From an uncultured Bacillota bacterium (GTDB lineage Bacteria; Bacillota_I; Bacilli_A; RFN20; CAG-826): a stretch of DNA of 64,000 nucleotides. Location: the NCBI GenBank assembly GCA_949299565.1, contig OX437086.1:678919-742918 (forward strand). Direction: 5' to 3'. Shown here piece by piece: positions 40,801 through 51,173 of this stretch. Numbering within the stretch: the stretch's first letter is position 1; each line of letters begins with the position of its first letter. A program made the translations under genes and the position numbers. Under the pieces are notes generated by a model. That model made no database searches. It saw only the letters and a list, made by a program, of their open reading frames with translations, and was not told where the DNA came from.

Positions 40801-41943
40801 TTAGTCAAACATTTGGCTAACCTTCTTAAGAAGCGTTGGAATTTCTAATTTCTGCGGACATACTTTCATGCATTGTCGACAATTGATGCAGCTATTCGCC
40901 TTCCCGTGTTCGTCGCTTGTATGAAGACTATAATTTTTATCATCGATTGATGACTTAGAATTTAAACCGTTGTTCCTAAGCTTATTGTTATAGTCCGAGA
41001 ATAATTCGGGAATCATGATTTTCTTCGGACAGCCTGCACTGCAATAATGGCAAGAGGTGCACGGGATAAGAGATTCTCCTCGCAGTTGCGCCACCACATT
41101 TTTGATTGCTTCATTTTCTTTTTCGTTTAGATCGAGGCCCTCATCCATAAACGAAGTATTGTCTTTTACTTGTTCTAAATTGCTCATGCCCGATAAAACC
41201 ATAACAACTTGATTTTGACTAGCCGCGAAGCGAAGCGCATAAGAAGCGTCGCTTCCGTTATTTAAGGATGCGAAAATTTGATGAGCATCTTTTGGCAATC
41301 TGGCCAAAATCCCGCCTTTAACAGGTTCCATTACGATGATTGGTTTTTGATATTTTACGCAAATGTCATAGCATTTTTTTGACTGGACGTTGACGTATAA
41401 ATAATCTAGGTAATTAAATTGAATTTGAACGATTTCAATTTCGGGATGACGTTTAAGAATCATTTCCAAAACATCCGCATGATCATGAAATGAGATGCCA
41501 AGGTGATGTATTTTTCCTTCCTCTTTGAGTTTTAAACATTCTTCAAAACAGCCTTCCTTCTCGTAAAAATCAAGATTTCTACTATTTACCGCGTGCAATA
41601 AATACAAATCGAGATAATCGACTCCTAGAAGTTCTAGTTGCTTTTGAAAATACGGACGGATTTCATCGTGTGAACTAAAAAGTCCTGAGGTTAATTTATC
41701 GGTCAACCAGTAACTGTTGCGTGGATATCTTTTTGTAAGAGCCTCTTTTATGGCTTTCTCCGATGCTCCGCGGTGATAACCATGCGCGGTATCAAAATAC
41801 GAGAAACCTCGTTCCATAAATAAATCAAACATCACCTTCGTCTTCTCAATATCGATAGATGATTCATCGTTTGGATCTAGAAGCGGCAAGCGCATGCAGC
41901 CGAAACCTAAACGTTTTATTTTCTCATTCCACGGAAAAAGCAT
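40801..41943 (-). CDS. Aldo/keto reductase with C-terminal 2x[4Fe-4S] domain
   Basis: LGFGCMRLP, FDTAHGY, VMEPVKGG, LSGMS; CTSCHYC..CP and CINCRQC..CPQ. Confidence 0.92.
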   Translation of the reverse strand: MLFPWNEKIKRLGFGCMRLPLLDPNDESSIDIEKTKVMFDLFMERGFSYFDTAHGYHRGASEKAIKEALTKRYPRNSYWLTDKLTSGLFSSHDEIRPYFQKQLELLGVDYLDLYLLHAVNSRNLDFYEKEGCFEECLKLKEEGKIHHLGISFHDHADVLEMILKRHPEIEIVQIQFNYLDYLYVNVQSKKCYDICVKYQKPIIVMEPVKGGILARLPKDAHQIFASLNNGSDASYALRFAASQNQVVMVLSGMSNLEQVKDNTSFMDEGLDLNEKENEAIKNVVAQLRGESLIPCTSCHYCSAGCPKKIMIPELFSDYNNKLRNNGLNSKSSIDDKNYSLHTSDEHGKANSCINCRQCMKVCPQKLEIPTLLKKVSQMFD

Positions 41944-41987
41944 AATCTTACCTCCGCTAAAATTATAAGAATAAGCGTAATCAAAAA

Positions 41988-42830
41988 CTATTTCCGATTT
42001 TTCTTAAGGAAGGGGAAACGTTCACGCAAGGCTTTCCGCGCCAAACAAAGTAAGGTATCCGTGATCGCGATTAGAAGAATGGCAATTAAACAATAAGCCA
42101 AAAGCTCGTCCATTTCCAAAAGATCGCGAGAAACCATGATAGCGATTCCAAGACCGTAACCGACACTGCTGCCGGCCAAAACTTCAGCCATGATAATGAC
42201 TTTGAGACCAAGTCCCAATGATTGGAGGAAGGAAAGAAGCATGTAAGGGGCGGCAGAAGGAAGATAAACATCTTTAACTGTTAAAATTTTATAAGTAGCG
42301 CCTTCTAGGGTGAGCGCTTCTTTAGTTTCTTTGTTCACTTCTTGAAATCCTTTTTTAATCGCTTCGTAAATTAGAGGAAAAATAATGACCCATCCTAGAA
42401 TTACCGGAATATAAGAAGCAAAATCACGATAACTGATGCCGGTGAACAATCCGGTTAAAAGCATGACGACAGCTACAGTTGGTATCGTTTTTAACAAAAG
42501 AACAAACGGCGAAAAAAAGCGTTCAAATAACGGGAAAAGACCGGCGATGATGCCGAAAATCAAACCAAAGATAAAAGCAAAGATAAAAGATAAGAAAAGA
42601 CGATATAAAGTCCAGCCGATGTCGAGATAAGTTTTTAAAGACGAGGAAGTAAAAAGAAGCGCAAAAAGAGCTGACAAAACTTCAATCGGGTTCGGCAAAG
42701 CGTGATTGCCTTGGCTTTTTAAAATCCAAGAAGCGATTGCCCAAATTAAAAATAGGAAAAGAACACCGAGAACAACAAAAACAAAAGGCAGAAACTTTTT
42801 GAATTTTGTGTTTCTGCCTCTCTTTAACAT
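41988..42830 (-). CDS. ABC transporter permease (TauC/SsuC-like)
   Basis: LPNP, TLYR, KTIP, EAA-like loop (EALTLEGA..VYLPS), MAEVL. Confidence 0.85.
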   Translation of the reverse strand: MLKRGRNTKFKKFLPFVFVVLGVLFLFLIWAIASWILKSQGNHALPNPIEVLSALFALLFTSSSLKTYLDIGWTLYRLFLSFIFAFIFGLIFGIIAGLFPLFERFFSPFVLLLKTIPTVAVVMLLTGLFTGISYRDFASYIPVILGWVIIFPLIYEAIKKGFQEVNKETKEALTLEGATYKILTVKDVYLPSAAPYMLLSFLQSLGLGLKVIIMAEVLAGSSVGYGLGIAIMVSRDLLEMDELLAYCLIAILLIAITDTLLCLARKALRERFPFLKKNRK

Positions 42831-42854
42831 ACCTTGTATTTTAATTCTTTTTTC

Positions 42855-43868
42855 TTATAAGAACAAAGAATCAGCGAAGCGTTCAGCGCCTTCGCCGCTC
42901 AAAATATCCATAAAATCATTGACGAATGTTTGTGAATCTTCAATTGATGCAGGATCGACAACTCCGAAGCGATTGGCGTTACCGTTTTGAAGTGAGACGA
43001 GAAGGTTGCTATTAAAACCGAAACGCGCTTGTTGCTCAGATAAAGGGAGATTGCTGTCCATGATTTCTTTCGCCTCTTCTGGATCAGAAAGAACGAGAGA
43101 AAGATTTTCATCGATATGTGTTAAGAAGCTATCGAAAGTATCTTTATTTGCAGAATAATGCGAGCCGTTGACGAAAAGTCCGGCTTGCGGAATTGCGCTT
43201 TGCCCGGAAAAATCTTTCCACTCCTCTCTGAGATTATAAATTTCATGAACTTCAACGTTTTGTTCAGCAAGGCGCGATTTGACATTCGTGAGGACTGGTT
43301 CAGCAATGAAATAATAGTCAGCACTATCGTGATCAGCAATCATCCGCGCACTGACATCAGAAACAGCGCTTAAATATTCAATATTTAAACTGTCAGAAGT
43401 TTCCCAATTCCAATAGTCATCGATAAGTTTATGAAACACTAAATCCGGCAGTAAGTTCTCGCCGAAGGAAACGATGGTTGAAGCACTGGTTAGTTCATCA
43501 ATAGTTTCGTGCGTTGTTGAAACTAAATAGAAATTACCACCGGTAATCCATCGCGCCAACTTATAATCGTATTCAGGGTGAGCAGCATTTAATCGCAATC
43601 CGTTGACGCCATCGAAGATAATCACATCGCTTTCGTCGTTTAAGAAAGCGCTGCGCACGAAATCCGGCGTTGTTGAGGTCCAGTTCTCGTTATCGCCTTG
43701 ATCAAAGAGAGCAATCGTCGGTGCGCCTGTTGGCGAAACCACCACTAGTTCATCATAATTTGGCAACAAACTGCTCTCAGAACTATTTTCAGTTCCACCG
43801 CAGGAGCTCAAAGCTAACCCCGTTCCTAAAACAGCCGTTAAGGCTAACATCATTCTTTGTTTTTTCAT
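42855..43868 (-). CDS. ABC substrate-binding lipoprotein (NMT1/SsuA-like)
   Basis: Lipobox LSSC, SPTGAP, IAEP, IPQAGLFV; adjacent to the permease. Confidence 0.8.
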   Translation of the reverse strand: MKKQRMMLALTAVLGTGLALSSCGGTENSSESSLLPNYDELVVVSPTGAPTIALFDQGDNENWTSTTPDFVRSAFLNDESDVIIFDGVNGLRLNAAHPEYDYKLARWITGGNFYLVSTTHETIDELTSASTIVSFGENLLPDLVFHKLIDDYWNWETSDSLNIEYLSAVSDVSARMIADHDSADYYFIAEPVLTNVKSRLAEQNVEVHEIYNLREEWKDFSGQSAIPQAGLFVNGSHYSANKDTFDSFLTHIDENLSLVLSDPEEAKEIMDSNLPLSEQQARFGFNSNLLVSLQNGNANRFGVVDPASIEDSQTFVNDFMDILSGEGAERFADSLFL

Positions 43869-43899
43869 AAATAGGTCAAACTCGCTTTCACGAGGATAG

Positions 43900-45096
43900 T
43901 TATATACTTTTTTCTAATAAAGGCAAAAGAGGTGCTCCAATAGTGTTTTCCGCTTTCTTTAAGTTGAAGTTCTCAAGAATCGTTGCCCCGATGACCGCAA
44001 ACGTCTTGGCATTTTCTAAAACGGTACCTCTTTTATAGCTTGGCGAATAGGCAAGAAGCGGCACTTTTTCGCGTGTATGATCAGTGCCTTTAAAGGTTGG
44101 ATCGTTCCCGTGATCAGCTGTAATCAAAAGCAAATCATCGTCTCTGAACCTTGGCATAATTTCTCCGAGACGTTCATCGAATTGTTCTAAGGCACGCGCG
44201 TAACCGACAGGATTTCGGCGATGTCCGAATTCTGAATCGAATTCAACGAGATTAACAAAACATAGGCCTTTAAAATCTTTTTCGATGAGCGACGAGACTT
44301 TATCCATCCCGTCCATATTTGAAACCGTGTGGTAGCTTTCACTGATTCCCGCGCCATTAAAAATGTCATTAATTTTTCCGACGCCGATTGTTGACAGGTT
44401 ATGTTCTTTTAAAACATCGAGCGCGGTTTTTCCGCTTGGCGACAAAGTGTAATCGTGACGGTTGGACGTTCTTTTGAAGTTTGAAGGATTATTTCCAATA
44501 TATGGTCTAGCGATGACACGACCCACTCGCCATTCGGGGCGTAACGTCAATTCACGAGCAATTTCACAACAACGATAAAGTTCTTCTAGTCCCGTGACTT
44601 CTTCTGAGGCAGCGATCTGGAGAACGGAATCAGCCGAGGTATAAACTATCAAAGAATTGTCGCGCATTTGTTCTTCGCCTAATTCTTTGAGAATTTCAGT
44701 GCCGGAGGCTGATTTATTGCCGATTATTTTGTGGCCCGTCAACTTCTCTAATTCGGAGATTAGCTCTTTAGGGAAGCCGGTATCAGTGAAAGTTTTAAAA
44801 GGTTTAGTCGTGAGCAAGCCCATCATTTCCCAGTGCCCAGTCATCGTATCTTTCCCGTAACTAGCCTCTTCCAAGGCTAAAGCGTAGGATTGCGGGTGAT
44901 TTTTTGGCGAGATGACTCCTGGAGCGTTTGCGATATTTCCAAGTCCTAAAGACGACATATAAGGAACGTGAAGAGACTTCACGCTTTGAGCGGCGTGCAA
45001 AAGAGTGTTGCTTCCAACATCATCAAAAAGTGCGGCGTCCGGTTCTTCACCGATCCCGACAGAATCAAGCACAATCAAGAAGACACGATTAAACAT
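43900..45096 (-). CDS. deoB: Phosphopentomutase
   Basis: IVLDSVGIG, GKDTMTGHWE, YTSADSV, RVIARP, TADHGNDP, DHTRE. Confidence 0.97.
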   Translation of the reverse strand: MFNRVFLIVLDSVGIGEEPDAALFDDVGSNTLLHAAQSVKSLHVPYMSSLGLGNIANAPGVISPKNHPQSYALALEEASYGKDTMTGHWEMMGLLTTKPFKTFTDTGFPKELISELEKLTGHKIIGNKSASGTEILKELGEEQMRDNSLIVYTSADSVLQIAASEEVTGLEELYRCCEIARELTLRPEWRVGRVIARPYIGNNPSNFKRTSNRHDYTLSPSGKTALDVLKEHNLSTIGVGKINDIFNGAGISESYHTVSNMDGMDKVSSLIEKDFKGLCFVNLVEFDSEFGHRRNPVGYARALEQFDERLGEIMPRFRDDDLLLITADHGNDPTFKGTDHTREKVPLLAYSPSYKRGTVLENAKTFAVIGATILENFNLKKAENTIGAPLLPLLEKSI

Positions 45097-45162
45097 ATAA
45101 ACCTCGCATTTCTATTTTATCTTATGCTATCTAAAGTTGATTAACAAATGAGAAGCAAAATC

Positions 45163-46041
45163 TTATTGCCGCCAATAACGATCATAGGCTTTAAGGATTC
45201 TCTGCGTCGAAACATGCGTATAAATCTGCGTTGTCGCGATATGACTATGACCTAAAAGTTCTTGAACAACGCGCAACGACGCACCGTTTTCCAATAAATG
45301 CGTCGCGAATGAATGTCGCAGTATATGCGGAGAAACTTTTTCTTCGATTCCCGATTTTTCTGCTAATGACTGCAAAATTTGATAAACATAAATTCTGCTT
45401 AAAGGACGCCCGCTTTTCGAAAGAAAAACATAAGCAGTTCGCGCGCCTTTGTTTCGTTTGCGAGGACCTTCCATATATTTTTCTAAGTAAGAGAGAGCGA
45501 AACTAGAAACCGGAACGCGCCGTTCTTTATTGCCTTTCCCGCGAATTCTAAAAAGCCCTTCATCGTAGAAAATATCATTTCTCTTAAGATTAAGAAGCTC
45601 GCTGATACGCGCGCCGCTTGCATAAAGACATTCAAGAAGCGCTTGGTTTCTTAATCCGCTATCGGTTTCTATCGAACAGGCAGCGAAAAGAGCTTCAACC
45701 TCCTCTATCGAGAGAACATGTGGCAATTTTTTTGGAATTTTCGGACCTTTGATAGGAGGCAACGGACGGCCGATCTCTTTTTCTTCTTCAAGAAAAAAAT
45801 AAAAATTTCGGAGAGTCGAAAGTCTTCTTAAAATTGTCTGTGCGCTTTTTCCGTTCCGTTCCTCGCTTTCAAGAAATGAACGCACTTCTTCTGGCCCCAG
45901 CATTTTCGTTTCATCGATTTCGGGGAAAAGAGAAAAAAACAATTTCAAATCGTCTTCATAAGCCTTTAAAGTTAGAGGCTCTAGCCCCTTCTCAACTCTT
46001 GAAGCTTCTAAAAATTCAGTGATTGCTTTGCTTTTTTCCAT
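45163..46041 (-). CDS. xerD: Tyrosine recombinase XerD (RipX-like)
   Basis: SGARISE, GKGNKER, PHILRHSFATH, LLGH, TTQIYTHV; upstream of deoB as in ripX-drm synteny. Confidence 0.88.
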   Translation of the reverse strand: MEKSKAITEFLEASRVEKGLEPLTLKAYEDDLKLFFSLFPEIDETKMLGPEEVRSFLESEERNGKSAQTILRRLSTLRNFYFFLEEEKEIGRPLPPIKGPKIPKKLPHVLSIEEVEALFAACSIETDSGLRNQALLECLYASGARISELLNLKRNDIFYDEGLFRIRGKGNKERRVPVSSFALSYLEKYMEGPRKRNKGARTAYVFLSKSGRPLSRIYVYQILQSLAEKSGIEEKVSPHILRHSFATHLLENGASLRVVQELLGHSHIATTQIYTHVSTQRILKAYDRYWRQ

Positions 46042-47212
46042 GAGTTAGATCCGATGCTTTAATGAGCGATGGCTCTTTTAAACGCCGATTAAGCGAAGAG
46101 ATTAAAAGCTTTGTTTCATCCATTTTTTCATATTCTTGATAATTCCAAAAGCTCATTTGCACGGTTTCTTCTTTTGGATTTATAAGATTTGAGGACGAGA
46201 CTCCGATATAACGAATATTCATTCCGAGAAAGTTGTTGAGAAAGAGATCGAGCGCTTTAAGCGATAATTCCTGCGGATCATCTGATGGATCTTGAAAGCT
46301 TTTTGCTTTCGCGTGCGTGTGGAAGTCGCTATCCTTTACGCTCAAAGTGATCGTGCGACATTTTAAACGTTCATTATGAAGCCCATAAGCAACGCGCGCT
46401 GTTAATTCATATATCTTTTCTTTTATCTCATGGTAGTCGCTTGTATCTAACGGAAAGGTCTCGCCATGTCCTAACGATTTAGGAGCGAATTCTTCGATGA
46501 CGATTTTATCTTCGCCGCGTCCATGAATCCATTCGTCCGCGGTCAAGAAAAACTTCCCTAAAATTTCTTGAACGGTTGGATCTTTTGCTCCCAATGCTTT
46601 TTCTAAATCTCCGATTGTTTGAATGCCGATATTTAAGAGCCGAGGCGCAGTCTTTTTGCCGATTCCATAAAAACGATCGATAGGAAGCGGGTAAAGCAGA
46701 CTCGGAATATCTTTTTTCCGGATAATCGTAAGGCCTAATGGTTTTTTATAATCCGATCCCATCTTCGCCAAAAATTTTGTAGGACCCACTCCGATTGAAA
46801 CTTCTAGACCAATTTCTTTTTTGAGTTTAGCTTGGAGATTTCGAAAAAACATCACAGGATTCGAATTGTTTTTGAGCACACCGCTCAAATCTAAATATCC
46901 TTCATCGATCGAAGCGCTTTCCACGAGAGGCGTGTAATTTCTAAGAAAAGCAAAAAAAGAGCGCGACAGCATTTCATAATAACGAAAATCAGGATTCTTA
47001 AAGATGCCATGCGGACATTTTCTTCGTGCTTCAACAATCGGCATCGCGGAATGAACGCCATATTTTCGCGCTTCATAATTGGCAGTTGAAACGACGCCGC
47101 GCGGTCCTAATCCACCGACGATAATTGCTTGTCCTTTAAGACTTGGATCTCTTAATTCCTCAGCCTTAGCGAAGAAAGCGTTGATATCAATATGAGCAAT
47201 AATTCTCGCCAT
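46016..47212 (-). CDS. dinB: DNA polymerase IV
   Basis: HIDINAFFA, YEARKYG, SIDE, KKPLG, GIGKKT; QMSFW clamp-type motif. Confidence 0.95.
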   Translation of the reverse strand: MARIIAHIDINAFFAKAEELRDPSLKGQAIIVGGLGPRGVVSTANYEARKYGVHSAMPIVEARRKCPHGIFKNPDFRYYEMLSRSFFAFLRNYTPLVESASIDEGYLDLSGVLKNNSNPVMFFRNLQAKLKKEIGLEVSIGVGPTKFLAKMGSDYKKPLGLTIIRKKDIPSLLYPLPIDRFYGIGKKTAPRLLNIGIQTIGDLEKALGAKDPTVQEILGKFFLTADEWIHGRGEDKIVIEEFAPKSLGHGETFPLDTSDYHEIKEKIYELTARVAYGLHNERLKCRTITLSVKDSDFHTHAKAKSFQDPSDDPQELSLKALDLFLNNFLGMNIRYIGVSSSNLINPKEETVQMSFWNYQEYEKMDETKLLISSLNRRLKEPSLIKASDLTHGKKQSNH

Positions 47213-47215
47213 TCC

Positions 47216-49096
47216 TCAGTCCTTTAAAAAAGCAAGGATTTTCTTTTTGGAACTTTCGATATCAACCCCGCAAATTCTTTCTTGCTCTTCAATTTTTGCG
47301 TGCTGTACAAAAAGATTGGGAACAGCAATTCCTAAAAACTTTCCGCGATACCCGTGTGTTAAAAGATAACTGCTTATTAAATTATGGAAACCATTGATGG
47401 TTCCATCCGCATCATAAATTATGATAGACGGCGACTTCATAACAACCTTCAAACTATTTTCATCGAGCGGATATAGATAAAAAGGATCAATTTGATTGAA
47501 CAAGAGCCCGTCTTCTTTTAAAGACGATAATAGCTTTCTTCCTTTATCGCCGACGGCAATTACCGTTGGTAATTTTTCGTCAAACTTATTGAGAAACAGC
47601 CATTTTCCGGGAATGAAGGCAATTTCTTCATTCAATGTTTTCGGAATTTCAATCAGTGAATGCGGATAGCGAATGGCGAAAACGCCGTGCCCGGGTTTAA
47701 GCGATTCCAAGAAGGCAGAATGCGCAGCTTCAATAGTCGATGGCATCGCTAACGTTACATTTGGGATTGAGGCTAAAAAAGCTTCATCATACAAGCCTTG
47801 ATGCGTTTCACCATTGGCACCAACGAAGCCTGCTCGATCGATGAGAAGCGTCATATCGGTTTTCATGCGGGAGCAATCATGAAGCAATTCATCGTACGCG
47901 CGTTGCAAAAATGTAGAATAAATCGAGACAATTGGATGAAAACCGTTGAGGGAAAGCGCGCCGGCAAACGTCAAGGCGTGTTCTTCGGCGATCCCGACAT
48001 CGAAACAGCGTTCGGGATAGGTTTCAAAAGCTTTTTCGAGGTGTGAGCCTTTCTTCATAGCGGGGCACACTAAGAGCAATTTATCGTTTCTTCCTAAAGC
48101 CTCATATACTTCGTCCCCATAAAAATGGGACCAAGATTCTAAACCCGGATGTAAATTCAATGGTTGTCCGTTTTCAGGAGAAAAGGGCGTAACGCTATGC
48201 CAATAACCATCGCTGTCTTCTTCTGTCAAACGATAACCGCGACCTTTTTGAGTCAATAAATGAACTAAGGCTGGTTTTGTTGTTTTCATGGCCTTTTTCA
48301 AAGCCTTTTCAACTCCAGCGATATCATGGCCATTCAAGGGTCCGATATAACTAAATCCAAGATTGTCAAAAAGATTGACTGGAACCAGTTTTGATTTTAA
48401 GAAAGTCTTAAAGCGATAAGATGCGCTATAAAGCTTTCGTCCAAATTTGTAACGTGTTAAAAATCGATGATAGCGTTTCTTGAAATTATTGTAACTTTCA
48501 GTAGTCCCGATTCCGCGGAAGAGTTTCGTAAGTCCGCCAACAGGACGCGATATCGACATCCCATTATCGTTCAAAATGCAAATTAGATGATGCTTACCGT
48601 TTCCGATATCGTTTAAAGCTTCAAAGGCTAAGCCGTTGACGATTGAAGCATCACCAATAAGAGCAATGACTTGGTAATCCTCTTTTTTTAAATCGCGGGC
48701 AGTAGCGAAAGCCAAAGCAGCACTTAAAGATGTGCCAGCATGTCCCGCCTCGTAAACATCATATGGCGATTCTTCACGTTTTTGAAAGCCGGAAATGCCG
48801 TTTAAAAAATTCAAATTTTTCAACGATCGCCCAGTCAATATTTTCCAAGTATAGGCTTGATGACCGACATCAAAAATCATTTTGTCCTTTTTGAAATCAA
48901 AAACTCTCATCAAAGCGATCGTTAATTCAACAACGCCAAGATTTGATGAAAGATGTCCCCCGACTTTAGAAGTGCAGTCGATGATTTCTTGACGAATATC
49001 TGATGCCAATTTTTCTAATTGCTTAGAATTTAAACATTTGATAACTTCGGGATCTTTAATGGTGTTAATGTCGATATCTTCTATTTTTTTCTTCAT
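47216..49096 (-). CDS. dxs: 1-deoxy-D-xylulose-5-phosphate synthase
   Basis: GGHLSSNLG, DVGHQ, GDASI..G.AFEALN, GIAEEH, YSTFLQRAYD, DRAG. Confidence 0.97.
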   Translation of the reverse strand: MKKKIEDIDINTIKDPEVIKCLNSKQLEKLASDIRQEIIDCTSKVGGHLSSNLGVVELTIALMRVFDFKKDKMIFDVGHQAYTWKILTGRSLKNLNFLNGISGFQKREESPYDVYEAGHAGTSLSAALAFATARDLKKEDYQVIALIGDASIVNGLAFEALNDIGNGKHHLICILNDNGMSISRPVGGLTKLFRGIGTTESYNNFKKRYHRFLTRYKFGRKLYSASYRFKTFLKSKLVPVNLFDNLGFSYIGPLNGHDIAGVEKALKKAMKTTKPALVHLLTQKGRGYRLTEEDSDGYWHSVTPFSPENGQPLNLHPGLESWSHFYGDEVYEALGRNDKLLLVCPAMKKGSHLEKAFETYPERCFDVGIAEEHALTFAGALSLNGFHPIVSIYSTFLQRAYDELLHDCSRMKTDMTLLIDRAGFVGANGETHQGLYDEAFLASIPNVTLAMPSTIEAAHSAFLESLKPGHGVFAIRYPHSLIEIPKTLNEEIAFIPGKWLFLNKFDEKLPTVIAVGDKGRKLLSSLKEDGLLFNQIDPFYLYPLDENSLKVVMKSPSIIIYDADGTINGFHNLISSYLLTHGYRGKFLGIAVPNLFVQHAKIEEQERICGVDIESSKKKILAFLKD

Positions 49097-49125
49097 TGTG
49101 AAACAAAATGTAAAGTACTAAATAT

Positions 49126-49350
49126 CTACTTTTCTTCAACTTCTTTAATTTCGCTTTCGCGGTAGGAATTAACAACCGCTTCCGCTTCTTTTAACTCTTG
49201 CTCCAATCCTTTCAATAGTTCTTTCCCTTCTTTATATAAGGCCATTGTTTTTTCTAAGGGTTCTTCGCCTGATTCTACTTTCTGGACAATCTCTTCAAGT
49301 CTAGATAAGCGCTTTTCGAATGTTTCTTTTTTTGTCACTTTTTCACTCAT
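49126..49350 (-). CDS. xseB: Exonuclease VII small subunit
   Basis: FEKRLSRLEEIV, LE..MALYKEG, L.EAE. Confidence 0.93.
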   Translation of the reverse strand: MSEKVTKKETFEKRLSRLEEIVQKVESGEEPLEKTMALYKEGKELLKGLEQELKEAEAVVNSYRESEIKEVEEK

Positions 49351-50755
49351 TGTTGACTTCCTCCACCACGCTTAATATTTTTCCGTCTTTGATAGTAACG
49401 TTCATTCTATCACCATTGCTCACATCCTTGACACTCCGAATAATTGCTCCCTTTTCGCTTTCAACAATCGCGTATCCGCGATTTATGATTGCTTGAGGCG
49501 AAGCGTTATTGAGCCTTGCTTCATATTCCTTTATTTTTTCATTCTTTCTTTGAATCAATTGTTGAAGCACTTTTTCTAGTGTCTTTTTTGCATTAATGGT
49601 CTTTTCAATTCTTTCATTGATAAGTAATGATGGATCTTTCATGAAAGATGAAACTTTGACGATTGCTAAACGACTATTTTTTCTAGATAAGTATTCCCTT
49701 ATTGTTTTTTGCGCGAGACTTTTCTTGAATTTAGCGAGAAGAACTGTCTTCTGTTCTAGATCTTTATTGATTCCGCTCATTAAGCGCTCTTTTAAATGTT
49801 TTAATCTTTCGCTGAAAACCGAATAAGCCGCTAAAGGATCCTTTAAAAAAGGTCGCATAGATAAAAGCGCAAGGTGTTTTCTTTCTTCACGAAGCCTTTT
49901 AATTAAAACTAAATCCAAAGAAGAGCTGTTATCAGATAAAGAATATAGGAGTTCTCGATAATCGGGAACGGCTTTTTGAGCCGCGCCGGTCGGCGTTGAA
50001 ACGCGAAAATCAGCGATTAAATCAATAATTGTCCAATCGATTTCGTGGCCGATGGCAGAGATTAAAGGAATCGAACGAGTGCTTAAAAGGCGCGCTAATT
50101 GTTCATCATTAAAGGCGCTCAAATCATCATTCGAGCCACCGCCACGCGCAATGATCAAAAGATCTGGTTTTAATTTTAAAGCAAAGCGATATGCGCGCAT
50201 CAATGATTGCGGCGCGCTTTTTCCTTGAACTGTCGCATAAACGAAATCCAGCTCAATTAGCGGGAAACGCTCGAGAATATTTTTCTTTAAATCAGCTTCG
50301 GCAGCGGAATTTTCAGCAACAATAATCGCGATTTTTTTCGGAAATAACGGCAGTTTCATCTTTCGTTCATCCGAAAAGAGTCCTTCGTCGAACAGCTTTT
50401 TCTTCAATTCTTCTAATTTTAGTAACGCTTCACCGAGTCCTTTTATATAGATGTCGGTGACGCGAAAAGATAATGTTCCGCGTTTGCTCCACAAATCTAA
50501 AGAACCATTGACGATCACCTGATCGCCGTTTTTGAATTTCCTATCGTGGAGTCTAGAAAAAATATCGGGCCAAATCACGCAGCTGAGGGCCCCGTCGTTA
50601 TCTTTTAAAGTAAAAAAGAAACCGGATGAAGACAAACGCGCATCGCTGATTTCTCCTTCTAAACTTACGTGGACGAAGCGCGGATCGCTATGGATGGCGT
50701 TTTTTAAGTCAAAAAGGAATGAAGAAACTTTTTGTACACGCTGCAAGTCAAGCAT
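49343..50755 (-). CDS. xseA: Exonuclease VII large subunit
   Basis: GEIS, FTLKD, ARGGGS, SAIGHEID, TPTGAA, RGYA. Confidence 0.97.
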   Translation of the reverse strand: MLDLQRVQKVSSFLFDLKNAIHSDPRFVHVSLEGEISDARLSSSGFFFTLKDNDGALSCVIWPDIFSRLHDRKFKNGDQVIVNGSLDLWSKRGTLSFRVTDIYIKGLGEALLKLEELKKKLFDEGLFSDERKMKLPLFPKKIAIIVAENSAAEADLKKNILERFPLIELDFVYATVQGKSAPQSLMRAYRFALKLKPDLLIIARGGGSNDDLSAFNDEQLARLLSTRSIPLISAIGHEIDWTIIDLIADFRVSTPTGAAQKAVPDYRELLYSLSDNSSSLDLVLIKRLREERKHLALLSMRPFLKDPLAAYSVFSERLKHLKERLMSGINKDLEQKTVLLAKFKKSLAQKTIREYLSRKNSRLAIVKVSSFMKDPSLLINERIEKTINAKKTLEKVLQQLIQRKNEKIKEYEARLNNASPQAIINRGYAIVESEKGAIIRSVKDVSNGDRMNVTIKDGKILSVVEEVNNE

Positions 50756-51173
50756 CCAATGCTTCCTTCAATCCGTTGTCTAAAACAGCATTCACAAAAC
50801 GATAATCATCCTTATCTAAATAATTCTTCGCCAACTTGACAGCGTTGTTAATGACAATCGCCTTATCAACGCCAGGCTCAACATAATAAAACTGCGTATA
50901 AGCCAATAGCAAAATAGCCTGAGCCACCCGATTTAAACGCCAGAAGGTCCAGCGATTCAAAAGCGGGGATATTTCTTTGACTAATTCATCTAGATGCGTC
51001 AAAGCCAACACTAAGACGGCTTTTAAATAATAATCGCTCTCTTCGTATGGAAGGCCGGATAAATTGCTGACGATTTCTTCAACGGGAATCGTTTCTTTCA
51101 TGTCGATATAAGTAAGCGCCGTATATAGACCTTGCATTGCCGTTTCTTGGGTCTTCGTCCGCGATGATCTCAT
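50748..51173 (-). CDS. nusB: Transcription antitermination factor NusB
   Basis: RWTFWRL, VINNAVKLAK, FVNAVLD. Confidence 0.92.
   Translation of the reverse strand: MRSSRTKTQETAMQGLYTALTYIDMKETIPVEEIVSNLSGLPYEESDYYLKAVLVLALTHLDELVKEISPLLNRWTFWRLNRVAQAILLLAYTQFYYVEPGVDKAIVINNAVKLAKNYLDKDDYRFVNAVLDNGLKEALDA

Noticed and set aside
45163..46041. Tyrosine recombinase as a phage or ICE integrase
   Set aside because: Size, motifs and xerD-deoB synteny indicate housekeeping XerD; no att sites or cargo genes
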